A stretch of 63,290 nt of DNA, the filler included, from an uncultured bacterium (GTDB lineage Bacteria; Auribacterota; CAZIXI01): assembly GCA_964543115.1 (NCBI GenBank). It is 3 parts of 3 records of this genome, joined end to end, with 100 filler letters (N's around TTAATTAATTAA, not from the genome) between each part and the next. Parts side by side here need not be neighbours in the genome. Positions count along the whole stretch, not along the records: positions 21,527 to 42,873 come from CAZIXI010000030.1; positions 42,974 to 63,290 come from CAZIXI010000032.1; 1 more part is not named here. One strand, 5' to 3'. Made by a program: the position numbers and the translations under genes. A model generated the notes under the pieces. The model saw only the letters and a list, made by a program, of their open reading frames with translations, was not told the origin of the DNA and did not search any database. Positions 39,915-50,400 of this stretch are shown piece by piece (within the stretch, counting starts at the first letter, position 1; the number at the start of each line of letters is the position of its first letter).

Positions 39915-41314
39915 AACAAAAAGTCGAACGCCAGTCCATGCCGAAACAATCACCGGCCGAAAGAATAAAAAATTTCCTGGAAGTGGCCCAGGGCTATACC
40001 GATGAACAGGCCTTATTGGAAGCCGGCCGCTGCCTGCAGTGTAAAAAGGCGCCTTGTATTGCCGGCTGCCCGGTAAATATTGATATCCCGTCTTTTATTA
40101 AGAAAATGACCGAAAAGGATTTTAAGGGGAGTATAAATAAAATAAAGGAAAAAAGTATTCTGCCCGCTGTCTGCGGCCGTGTCTGTCCCCAGGAAGAACT
40201 TTGTGAAACCGCCTGTGTGCTCCACAAAGCCGGTAAACCAATTGCTATCGGCCGCCTGGAACGCTTCGCCGCCGATTACCAGTTTAAACAGGGTACCCTG
40301 GAGGTGCCCCCGGTAGCCAAATCCACCGGCAAAAAGGTAGCCGTAGTGGGCTCCGGTCCCGCCGGTATTGTCGCGGCCAGCGACCTGGCCCAGCTGGGAC
40401 ATAAGGTTAGCGTATTTGAGGCCTTCCATAAAACAGGCGGAGTGCTTGTCTACGGTATACCGGAATTCCGGTTACCCAAAGCAATCGTTCAACAGGAAAT
40501 AGACACACTCACGAAAATGGGAGTTGAAATAAAACTGAATAATGTTATCGGCAAAATAAAAACTATTGATGATCTGCTCCAGGAAGGTTTCGATATTGTT
40601 TATATTGCCATTGGCGCCGGCGCGCCGCGGTTTATGAATATTCCCGGCGAAAATCTGAACGGAGTGCTTTCGGCGAATGAATTCCTTACCCGGATTAATC
40701 TGATGAAGGCCTATAAATTTCCCGAATTTCATACACCGGTCTATTGCGGAAAACAAGTAGTAGTGGTGGGCGGCGGCAACGTGGCCATGGACGCCGCCAG
40801 AAGCGCGCTGCGTTTAGGTGCCGACAATGTTACTATCGTCTACCGGCGCAGTGAAAGGGAAATGCCCGCCCGTAATGAAGAGATTGAAAACGCCAGAGAA
40901 GAGGGCATTGAATTCAAATTACTGACTAATCCGGTAAGAGTACTCGGAAACGAAAAGGGTTGGGCAACCGGAATAGAATGCATACAAATGAAGCTCGGTG
41001 AACCGGACGCCAGCGGCAGGCGCCGGCCGGTTCCGATCGAAGACTCTAATTTCACGATCCCGATCGATACCCTGATTATGTCGATCGGCACCACCGCCAA
41101 TCCATTAATTGCCTCCACTACCCCTGATCTGGAAACAAAGAGGGGGTATATCATCATTGATAAAGAAACCGGGAAAACTTCCAAACCGAAAGTTTATGCC
41201 GGCGGTGATATCGCTACCGGAGAAGCCACGGTGATCAGCGCCATGGCCACCGCCCAACGTTCCGCCCTGGCCATTCATCAACTTCTGATGGAACACTCCC
41301 ACTCCGTGGGTTAA
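39911..41314 (+). CDS. nfnB: NfnB/SudA (GltD-like) NADPH-dependent oxidoreductase subunit
   Basis: RCLQCKKAPCIAGCPV, CGRVCPQEELC, GSGPAG, GGGNVAMDAAR; overlaps nfnA by 4 bp (ATGA). Confidence 0.85.
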   Translation: MKQKVERQSMPKQSPAERIKNFLEVAQGYTDEQALLEAGRCLQCKKAPCIAGCPVNIDIPSFIKKMTEKDFKGSINKIKEKSILPAVCGRVCPQEELCETACVLHKAGKPIAIGRLERFAADYQFKQGTLEVPPVAKSTGKKVAVVGSGPAGIVAASDLAQLGHKVSVFEAFHKTGGVLVYGIPEFRLPKAIVQQEIDTLTKMGVEIKLNNVIGKIKTIDDLLQEGFDIVYIAIGAGAPRFMNIPGENLNGVLSANEFLTRINLMKAYKFPEFHTPVYCGKQVVVVGGGNVAMDAARSALRLGADNVTIVYRRSEREMPARNEEIENAREEGIEFKLLTNPVRVLGNEKGWATGIECIQMKLGEPDASGRRRPVPIEDSNFTIPIDTLIMSIGTTANPLIASTTPDLETKRGYIIIDKETGKTSKPKVYAGGDIATGEATVISAMATAQRSALAIHQLLMEHSHSVG

Positions 41315-41373
41315 AAATAAAAACGTTTTTACAAGCCTAAAACCAGCTAGTTTACTTCGGAGGCATAATTACC

Positions 41374-42564
41374 ATGAGCAAAGATCTCATTAAAGAAGCA
41401 CAAAAAAAGTTCGGCACAATCATCACTGAACAATTACAGCGCGTTGGGGAAATGAAAAAAGAAATCGCCGCTGTGGATTATACCGCCTTATCCCCGATCA
41501 TTATCGGGCTCTGCTGGGGAGACGGTATCGGGCCGGTGATTTCCAAACACGCGCAGACAGTGCTGACCCATCTGCTTAAAGATGAAGTAGCCGGCGGAAA
41601 AGTTAAATTTCGAGACATTGAGGGACTAACAATTGAAAATCGTGCCGAACACAAAAAAGCTATTCCAGAGGATGTATTAGCGGAAATTAAATCCTGCCAC
41701 GTTATTCTGAAGGGACCGACAACTACCCCGCAGGCCGGCGACGAATGGCCCAATATCGAAAGCGCTAACGTGGCCATGCGCCGCTACCTGGACCTTTTTG
41801 CCAACGTCCGCCCCGTACGCATTCCCCAGGAAGGAATTGACTGGTGCTTTTTCCGGGAAAATACCGAAGGTGCCTACGTGCTCGGCTCAAAAGGATTTGA
41901 TGTTTCTGCTGATCTCAGTATTGATTTTAAGGTAATCACCGAACAGGGTGCCGAACGCATAATCCGCATGGCCTTTGAATACGCCAAAAAGAATAATATT
42001 GACCGCGTAACCGTAGTCACCAAATCAAATGTTGTAAAAACAACCGACGGCCGCTTTTCCCGCGTAGCCTTCCGGATCGCTAAAGAATACCCTGATATCC
42101 GTCTGGACGAATGGTATATTGATATCATGACGGCAAAACTGATTGACCCGGCCCGCCGGCGCGAATTTAAGGTAATCGTTTTGCCCAACCTTTACGGGGA
42201 TATCTTAACCGACGAAGCGGCGCAGATGCAGGGCGGAGTTGGCACTGCCGGCAGTGCCAATATCGGCAAACGCTGGTCCATGTTCGAGGCCATCCACGGC
42301 AGCGCCCCGCGCATGGTTAAGGAAGGCCGGGCCCAATTCGCCGATCCCTGTTCGATGATCCGGGCCAGCGCCATGCTGCTGCGCCATATCGGTTATCCTG
42401 AACGTGCCGCTAAGGTAGAAATGTCCCTGGAGGTCTGCGGCCAATACGAAAAGAAGATGGTAATTACCGGCAGGGATACCGGGGTTACCGGCGAGCAATA
42501 CACCAATTATCTCTTATCCTGGGTGGACAACCCTAATCTGAAAAAACGCTGGGAACAGGAATAA
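41374..42564 (+). CDS. Isocitrate/isopropylmalate dehydrogenase family protein (likely isocitrate dehydrogenase)
   Basis: GDGIGP, ILKGPTTTP, FFRENTEG, LPNLYGDILTD, FEAIHGSAP. Confidence 0.85.
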   Translation: MSKDLIKEAQKKFGTIITEQLQRVGEMKKEIAAVDYTALSPIIIGLCWGDGIGPVISKHAQTVLTHLLKDEVAGGKVKFRDIEGLTIENRAEHKKAIPEDVLAEIKSCHVILKGPTTTPQAGDEWPNIESANVAMRRYLDLFANVRPVRIPQEGIDWCFFRENTEGAYVLGSKGFDVSADLSIDFKVITEQGAERIIRMAFEYAKKNNIDRVTVVTKSNVVKTTDGRFSRVAFRIAKEYPDIRLDEWYIDIMTAKLIDPARRREFKVIVLPNLYGDILTDEAAQMQGGVGTAGSANIGKRWSMFEAIHGSAPRMVKEGRAQFADPCSMIRASAMLLRHIGYPERAAKVEMSLEVCGQYEKKMVITGRDTGVTGEQYTNYLLSWVDNPNLKKRWEQE

Positions 42565-42584
42565 AATTCACTTGCAGTTAGACT

Positions 42585-42873
42585 TCATTTATTGCCTTTA
42601 GTCGATCCGGCAGATTCTTCTGCCGATTTCCTCAAATAAACCAATAATATCGATACGGCAGCGGGCGTGACACCGGCAATCCGGCTGGCTTGTCCCAGGG
42701 ATTGGGGCCGGACCAGATTGAGCTTTTCCTGAATCTCCCGGGAAATACCCTTAAGAGCAGAAAAATCCATCCCCGGCGGGATCTTCACCTGTTCATGGCG
42801 GCGGAATTGATTTATGCGTTCACTTTCTCTCTTGATATAACCCTCATATTTAATCTGAATTTCTACCTGTTCC
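42585..42873 (-). CDS. mnmG: tRNA uridine-5-carboxymethylaminomethyl(34) synthesis enzyme MnmG, 3' fragment (contig end)
   Basis: EQVEIQIKYEGYI...ISREIQEKL...RPQSLGQASRIAGVTPAAVSILLVYL. Confidence 0.93.
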
Positions 42874-42973
42874 NNNNNNNNNNNNNNNNNNNNNNNNNNN
42901 NNNNNNNNNNNNNNNNNTTAATTAATTAANNNNNNNNNNNNNNNNNNNNNNNNNNNNNNNNNNNNNNNNNNNN
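42874..42973. other. Artificial contig-concatenation linker (N44-TTAATTAATTAA-N44)
   Basis: Same structure as 21427-21526. Confidence 0.97.
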
Positions 42974-42999
42974 AGACATTTTGATAAACTAGATCTACA

Positions 43000-44401
43000 A
43001 TGAATAAGACCCCTCTAGCCAAAGAACATAAACAGATGTTATTTGTGGTTTGCTTAGCGGCCTTTATTGTTTCTCTGGACTTTAATGTCCTGAACGTCGC
43101 TCTGCCCACTATTGCCAGAGAATTCCACATCGGCCTCTCTTTGGTTTCCTGGACACTTATTTCCTACGTGATGACCTTAACCTGCCTTATGCCTCTATCA
43201 GGCAAACTTGTGGATCTTATTGATGAGCGCAAATTGCTTTTTGCGGGATTCCTGCTTTTTGGTATCGGATCATTTCTCTGCGGACTTTCTCAAAACATAT
43301 ACATGCTAATAATATTCCGCGTGTTTCAAGGACTGGGCGCGCCGGTGATGATGCTGATTGGCGGAGCAATCATTCCCCGCACTGTACCGGAGGTGCAGAG
43401 AGCCCGCACATTCGGACTATTCGCCACCATCCTCTGCTTCGGGATCTGTGTCGGCCCCGCCCTGGGAGGAATCATCACACAGTATTGCGGTTGGCGGTAT
43501 ATCTTCTTTCTTAATATTCCCCTCTGCTTCGCCGGACTGTTTTTTCTCGGAAAGCTGCGCTGCAGCGTTCCCGAAGCTGACGAACCCGGGGAAAGGATAG
43601 ACTATCTGGGCACCTTTCTTAGTATATTTTTTTTACTGGCGTTTGTATTTGGCTTAAATCAGGGACAAAAACTTGGCTGGAAATCACCCGCCATTATCAC
43701 CATTCTCTCCGTAAGCATTGCCAGCTTCATTGCCTTTATCATGAGAATGCGTTCGGCTAAATATCCGTTAATGGACCTCAGCCTTTTTAAGGCAAGGAAT
43801 TTTTTGCTCGGTAACCTGAATTTTCTTTTTTTTATGGACCACTTTAGGCGGAGTCTGTTTTCTCTATCCATTTTTCTTAGAGCAAAATAAACTCTTGAGC
43901 ACCGGCATTACCGGATACATCATCACAGTGCAATCGGCGATGATGGCCCTCTCTTCTTTTTGTTCGGTAAAACTTTCGGACCGCTTTAGCAGTAAAACAT
44001 TATGCCTCTGGGGAATTGCTTTTGTTGCGGCGGCAATGCTGCTCTTTTCCTTAATGGGACACGAGACACCTATTTATTTTATTTGTATCGCTATGGGAAC
44101 CTCAGGAATAGGATTGGGCCTGTTTTTTTCAACTAACATGAAATTAATAATGTGTAATGTGCGCAAGAAAAAAGAAGGTACAGGATCAGCAATAATGACC
44201 TGCACCCGGACACTGACTACACTGCTGGGTATTGTCCTGTTTGAGACCCTGCTTTCGTCCCTCTACCCGAATATCATCAAGCATTCCGCCGAACCCAACT
44301 TCCCCGCCATGAACCGGGCATTTCATGTTGTATTTTTAGTGGGTACGGCCCTGTCACTGGCCTCTTTTGCTGTTTCCGCACTAATGAAAAAAAATGAATA
44401 A
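43000..44401 (+). pseudogene. DHA2/EmrB-QacA family MFS transporter, split by a 1-nt frameshift in a T8 run (43826-43833)
   Basis: ORF 43000..43890 (LDFNVLNVALPTI, GKLVD, FRVFQGLGA) and ORF 43895..44401. Removing one T gives a continuous reading NFLFLWTTLGGVCFLYPFFLEQNKLLSTGITG. Confidence 0.8.
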
Positions 44402-44450
44402 AGGTAACTATCTGCTATGTTCTCAACTAATACAGGCAGCCTACTTTGCG

Positions 44451-44589
44451 CCCCGCTTCGCGGGGCTGCCATTATTGGAATGGCTATAGACTGCCCAAAG
44501 CTTCGCTTTGGACTGCCATTATTGGAATGGCTATAGACTGCCCAAAGCTTCGCTTTGGACTGCCATTATTGGAATGGCTATAGACTGCC
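44451..44589. repeat. Hairpin repeat family, three units (last two are identical 47-mers)
   Basis: CCCCGCTTCGCGGGG or CCAAAGCTTCGCTTTGG, each followed by (A)CTGCCATTATTGGAATGGCTATAGACTG. Confidence 0.88.
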
Positions 44590-47313
44590 AATAGTGGTGT
44601 GGCCGCTGACCCAGTCCTGACCGCCATTCTTCCAGTACATGGACCGCTCGGCAATAATAGCGACATTATTCGTGGATTCTATCTTGGTAGAGAATGAAGC
44701 AGCAGGAAGAATAAGATTTGCGTGCAAGCTATAGCGCGATCCGGGCGCGACGGTTACGGCTTGCTGAACATTCGTACCATCTTCTGTCATAAACGTGAAC
44801 ACAACTTCCGCCGGCGAAGCATAGGGATTTAATACCAACAGCCATTGGTCAAAACTGCCGGTGCAGCCTTCGGCAAAATACCAGCTGGTTGCCGCGGCCG
44901 TATTCCCGCAACTGTTATGACCGCTGTACCAGCGCATCCCATCCCAATCCCAGTACATGGAACGTTCGGCAATAATGCCCACTCCGTTAAGAGATTCCAC
45001 TTTGGCGGCAACATCGGCATCAGGAACTATCTCATTAACATTAACGGTGTATCTGCTATTGGCATTTACCCCTATTTGCAGTTCCCGGCTGCTACCGTCG
45101 GTTAGCATGAAGGTAATTTTCACTTCGGCAGTCTGCGTTGACGGATTCATCAGCAGCAGCCATTCACTGAAACCATCCGTGCAGCCTTCCGCCAAGTACC
45201 AGGTGGTGGCGGTAGCCGTAACCCCGCGGGAACTATGCCCCCCGGCCCTGACAATGCCGCCGGCATACCCTCCGGAGGCAGCTCCGCCGCCTCCGGCGAG
45301 TACTGCTTCGCTGTCCCAATACATCGCCCGTTCGGCAACAATACCGATATCATTTGTTGATTCTACCTTAGTTGAAACCGCGGCATTGGCAACAAAATCA
45401 TTTACATGAATGGTCTGCCGCCCCGTAGCCGGGACGGTTATTGCTTCCTGAATACTGCTGCCGTCAGTCAGCATGAAGGTAGCGGTAACCTCTGCCGCCT
45501 GCTCAGTAGGGTTCATAACCAATACCCACTCATCAAAGCTTCCGCCAGTTGATCCCTCGGCCAAATACCAGGTACTGGCAGTCTTGGTAACACCAATACT
45601 GTTATGGCAGCCACCCCAATCCTTTCCGCCGACATCCCAGTACATGGAGCGCTCAGCTATCACGGTAACGCCGTTTGTGGAATCAATCTTAACGGAAACC
45701 GAGGATTCCGGAACTATATCGTTAACATAGCAGGAATACCTGCTGGCCGGCGGCACGGATACCTCCCGCTCGACAACACTGCCGGTCTGCGACATGAAGG
45801 TAATCAGCAGCTCCGCCGTCTGCGCGTTAGCGTTCATTATTAACACCCATTCATCAAAACCGCTCAAGGTTGCCCCTTCTGCCAGGTACCAGACTGTCTG
45901 CGCCCCGGAAGCAGTTAGAGGTTCGGCATAATCCGCCAGCGCGGCCACTGCCAGCTTGGCTACCGCGGCGGCCAACGGAATGGATAGTTTGTCGATGGTA
46001 TCCTCGGTCGTATGGTAATACGGATAAAAATGGTCCCCTTCATATTCAATCGCGCAGATTGCCGGATAGTTTCTCTGCCAGAATGACCAGTGATCAGAAT
46101 AACTGGCGCTGTCATTAGGCACGTTATAGGCCTCAATTTCTGTATAAGTATTAGCGGCCTGAACAATTGCCTGGGCCAGATCCTGCCAGCTGGTGTGTGA
46201 GATTATCATGATATCAAGCTCATTCGTATCATCATAGGCAATCATATCAAAATTAAGGGCGGCAGCAATATTGGCTCCGCTGTCAGCCATTTCATCTACA
46301 TAGGTATCCGCACCGTACCCGCCCTGTTCCTCACCGCCAAACAAAATGAATTTTATCGTTGCCTGAAATTCATACTGGCTCAATATCCGGGCGGCCTCCA
46401 GCACCATCGCGCTGCCGCTGGCGTTATCTTCCGCTCCGGGCGCATTGTTCGAGCTGTCTTCGGACCTGGAATCCAGATGCCCGCAGATAACATATATCTC
46501 CGAGGGATTTACCGTTCCCGTCAGAGTAGCAATAACGTTATTTTTCTGGTAACCATCCATACTGAATTCATGGTATTCAACAGCCAGACCCATCTGCTGA
46601 AACTGGCCATAGGCATATTCCGACGCCTGATCATAACCGCTGGCATATGAATATCTGGTCCCTACATCTTGCAGTGCCTGAATATACGCTTGGATCTTTG
46701 TTTCCCAGACCCGGGACACCATTTCCTGGATTATGGTTTGTTTGCTTGTGCTGGCCAGCACGCGCGGCTGGGTAACAATGGTAGTTTCATTAGCTAACAG
46801 CGGTTTGCGCCGGAGTGGCCTCAGCTGGAAGCCATATTCGGAGAGGTTCGCGGTGGTTTCTTCGGCAAAAGACACAATAAGAGATTTCCCTTCCCTGTCT
46901 AATACCGTTACGGTCCGCGGCAGAAGCTCTAATAATTCCAGCTTGTGGGCCCAGAGAAGATAATAGTTTTTCGCCTGCGACTCGCTATCAAGTATCTTAA
47001 AATCAAAATTGTTACCGGTTAGCAACGATAATTGCTCACCCGTCACTTCCGCGACGGCATAGTCACCCATATTCTGATAAACACAAATACCCGCGACTAA
47101 TAAGGAATTGATATCCCGCGCTTCTGTGAAAAACACCTTAACAAGGGATAATGACTGGCGGGAACCGGCGATTTCTTCAGCCAGCAATTCACCGCTCTTC
47201 CGGGTAGTTTTCTCCGTCGGATTTTCCGCCCAGGCAAAAAGCAGGCTATGGGCCAGCAGGAAGAGTACCCAGAAAAAGGCTGCCAGAACTAGTTTTAAAT
47301 TTCTCTTATTCAT
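44578..47313 (-). CDS. Secreted M28 family zinc exopeptidase with four C-terminal WYLAEG (DUF5719-like) repeats
   Basis: Signal peptide MNKRNLKLVLAAFFWVLFLLAHSLLFA. M28 motifs: GHLDS, PGAEDNASG, GEEQG, NFDMI, SDHWSF, YHTTED. Four WYxAEG...AERxMYW...GH units. Confidence 0.88.
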   Translation of the reverse strand: MNKRNLKLVLAAFFWVLFLLAHSLLFAWAENPTEKTTRKSGELLAEEIAGSRQSLSLVKVFFTEARDINSLLVAGICVYQNMGDYAVAEVTGEQLSLLTGNNFDFKILDSESQAKNYYLLWAHKLELLELLPRTVTVLDREGKSLIVSFAEETTANLSEYGFQLRPLRRKPLLANETTIVTQPRVLASTSKQTIIQEMVSRVWETKIQAYIQALQDVGTRYSYASGYDQASEYAYGQFQQMGLAVEYHEFSMDGYQKNNVIATLTGTVNPSEIYVICGHLDSRSEDSSNNAPGAEDNASGSAMVLEAARILSQYEFQATIKFILFGGEEQGGYGADTYVDEMADSGANIAAALNFDMIAYDDTNELDIMIISHTSWQDLAQAIVQAANTYTEIEAYNVPNDSASYSDHWSFWQRNYPAICAIEYEGDHFYPYYHTTEDTIDKLSIPLAAAVAKLAVAALADYAEPLTASGAQTVWYLAEGATLSGFDEWVLIMNANAQTAELLITFMSQTGSVVEREVSVPPASRYSCYVNDIVPESSVSVKIDSTNGVTVIAERSMYWDVGGKDWGGCHNSIGVTKTASTWYLAEGSTGGSFDEWVLVMNPTEQAAEVTATFMLTDGSSIQEAITVPATGRQTIHVNDFVANAAVSTKVESTNDIGIVAERAMYWDSEAVLAGGGGAASGGYAGGIVRAGGHSSRGVTATATTWYLAEGCTDGFSEWLLLMNPSTQTAEVKITFMLTDGSSRELQIGVNANSRYTVNVNEIVPDADVAAKVESLNGVGIIAERSMYWDWDGMRWYSGHNSCGNTAAATSWYFAEGCTGSFDQWLLVLNPYASPAEVVFTFMTEDGTNVQQAVTVAPGSRYSLHANLILPAASFSTKIESTNNVAIIAERSMYWKNGGQDWVSGHTTIGSL

Positions 47314-47407
47314 AATAACCGTAGACAGAAAAAGACATCGGTCAGGTTCTGCTTTTAAAAACAAGACCTGCCCCATTCTTTACTTCTTTACATCTTTATT
47401 TTCCTGT

Positions 47408-50400
47408 CTATTGCGTGCCGACTGACACATGGCCGCCGGCCCAGTTGCGTCCGCTGCTGCTGTCCCAATACATTGCCCGTTCGGCAATAACCGGAACATT
47501 GTTCAGCGAAAGTATTTTCGTTGAAACGGAATCATTGGCTACATAATCATTAACATAAATGGTGTGCCTGCTATTCGGCGCAATGGAAATATTTTCCGAA
47601 ACATTTTCGCCGGAAGTCGTCATAAAGGTAACGATAACATCCGCTGTTTCACTTCCGGGATTCATTATCAGCACCCACTCATCAAAGGTGCCGCTGGTGG
47701 CGCCTTCCGCCAGTGTCCAGACCGTACCGGCAGAAGTGGTTCCCGGTGAAAGATGTCCGCCCCTCCAGGGCCAGCCGCTCACGTTCCAGTACATGGCCCG
47801 TTCAGCAACCACATTCTGATCGGCAACAACGCGCGTGGATACGGATCTCCTCCAGATATAGCTGTTTACGTTCACGGTATAGCGGCTGGTGGGACTAACA
47901 ATAATGCTCTGCGAGTAATTGCTACCGCTATCCAGCATAAAGGTTACCTCTACCAGTGCCGGTTCCGCGTTAGGATTCATAATCAGCACATATTCATCAA
48001 AACCGTCGGTACTCCCTTCAGCCAGGTACCATTCCTTAGCCGGGCTGGCCACACCGGGGGCCACGTGCCCGTCTATCCAGCTGACCCCGTAACTGTTCCA
48101 GTACATGGCCCGTTCCGCCGCGGTGGACAGATCGGTTTCAATCTTAACGGAAACGGAATCGGCAGACACATGGTCATTTACATGAATCGAGTAGCGGCTG
48201 TTCGCGCCCACAGTGAAATCATGCGCGCTGGTAGTGCCGTCGGGGAACATGAAAGTGGCGGTACCGGAAGTTGCCAAACCGTTGGGATTCACAATCAGAA
48301 TCCATTCATCAAAATTATCCGTACAACCTTCAGCAAAATACCATTCCGTGCTGAGTGAAGTTAAACCAATAGTACAATGCCCGCCTTCCCATTCGATACT
48401 GCCCACATTCCAATACATCGCCCGTTCGGCAATAACTGGAATGCCGTTAAGGGACTGCACGATCGTGGACACCGAACTGGCGGGAATGCTGTCATTTACA
48501 TAAATCGTATAACGGCTGGTTGCCGGAACCGTCACCTGCTGTACCTGCGTACTGCCATCCGGCAGGAGGAACGTTACCTGCACCGTGGCATCAAAGTTAT
48601 AGGGATTCATAATCAGCACATATTCGTCAAAACCGTCCGTGCACCCTTCCGGCAGATACCAGATACTACTGGCCATACCGGCTACAGTCATGGTAACCGG
48701 CAGAGAAATAGCGCTCTGACTGGCATCATCGGTGGTTATATCCAACGTACAAGTATAGGTACCCGGGGCCACATGCCCGTTATAGTAAATGGTTACTACC
48801 GCGGATTCACCGGCAGCCAGTGTTCCGGTATTCGGGCTAAAACTCAGCCAGTCTGTGCCGGCTGTGGTGCCATATACCTGAATATCATCCAGGAACCAGC
48901 CTTCATAGCTGTTATAATAATAATCAACAGTATCAAATTCGAATTGCAGCTGAATGGTTTTGCCGGCATAATCCTGCAAATCAATGGTGCCGGAATTAGT
49001 CCATTGCTTTGCCGAAGCATCATCTGAGGATTTGTACCAAACGGTTGCTGTGGTATTGTCGTAAGAAACCTTAACTGAGGTGACATCATAATTTTTCGAA
49101 GCATAATATTCCACTTCCCGCCAGTATTTGAAACTGAGTGAGCAGTCAGTAACACTGCTGAGATCAATTTGTGTAGAAACAAGCGAACCGGAATTTTTGT
49201 TTAACCCGGTATTATAGTTCCAGATACCCTCTGTACCGTAGTACCAGGATTTGGCAAAACTGCTGTAGCGGTGGCGGCTTATGTGCCAGAGACTGCCGGA
49301 ACTGGCTGTCCAGTTACCCCCTCCGCTTTCCATATCATCACTGAAGATAAGTGTACCGGAGGTTGTTGTTGCGGATACGGTATTGGATATGTCGGAGGCG
49401 TTTGCCGCTTCATCCAGCAGTTTAATGGCAAAATAATAAAGTGTAGATTCACTAAGCCCGCTGACCGCGTAGGTGGCCATCGTACCGGCTGCCACGGGGC
49501 TGGGACCGGTTGCTTGGGTGGCGTCAGCGAAATTAGCCGCGGTAATCTCAGAAGTACTGTAACGAATATCGTAACTGCTGCCCGTTCCGCTGTTACCGTC
49601 ATCGCCGGTGGCCCGCCAGGCCAGGGTTACGGACTGGTAGCCTACTCCGGCCACCACCAGCGGATTAATTGTTGCCGGAACAGTAGTATCATTACTCGCG
49701 TTTAATGATCGATAGGCATTCAACCGTCCACCGGTAACACATTTGCCGCTAAGCGAGCTGATCGGTTCGGCACCGTTAAGGATACTTTCTTTTATCTGGT
49801 CATCATCATAGTCCGAATTTTGCGCCAGTACCAGTCCGGCCACACCGGCAACATGCGGAGTAGCCATGGAAGTGCCGCTATAGGTATCGTAACTGCTGCC
49901 GGGAATCGTGCTGTAGATATCCACACCAGGCGCGCCAATATCAACGCTAGCCGCGCCATAACAGGAAAAATAGGCCAAACCGTCTGAATGATCGGTAGCG
50001 GCAACTGAAATGACATTATCGCAATCATAACTGGCGGGATACTGAGGTGAGGAATCATTATCCGTGCCGGAATTACCGGCAGCGGCAACAAAAAGAACGT
50101 TATTGGTGTTAGCATATTCTACCGCGTCTTTCAGCGCCTGGGAAAAGCCGCTTCCGCCCCAGGAATTGCTCAGGATGTCGGCACCGTTATTAACCGCGTA
50201 AATAACCGCGTCAATCGCGTCGGAAGTACTGCCGTACCCGCCGCCGGAAAGGAACTTACAGGCCATTATTTTTGCCTGCCAGTTAACCCCGGCCACACCG
50301 GTACCGTTATTACCAACACCGGCAATGGTGCCCGCGCAGTGTGTCCCGTGATTATTATCATCCATCGGGTCACTGTCGCCGTTATAAAAATCATACCCGT

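Noticed and set aside
42585..42788. Stand-alone 67-aa gene
   Set aside because: It is the 3' end of mnmG, truncated by the contig end.
44451..44589. Possible mini CRISPR array (also 22599-22700 and 38966-39057)
   Set aside because: The units are head-to-tail and near-identical with no unique spacers, and no cas genes are present.
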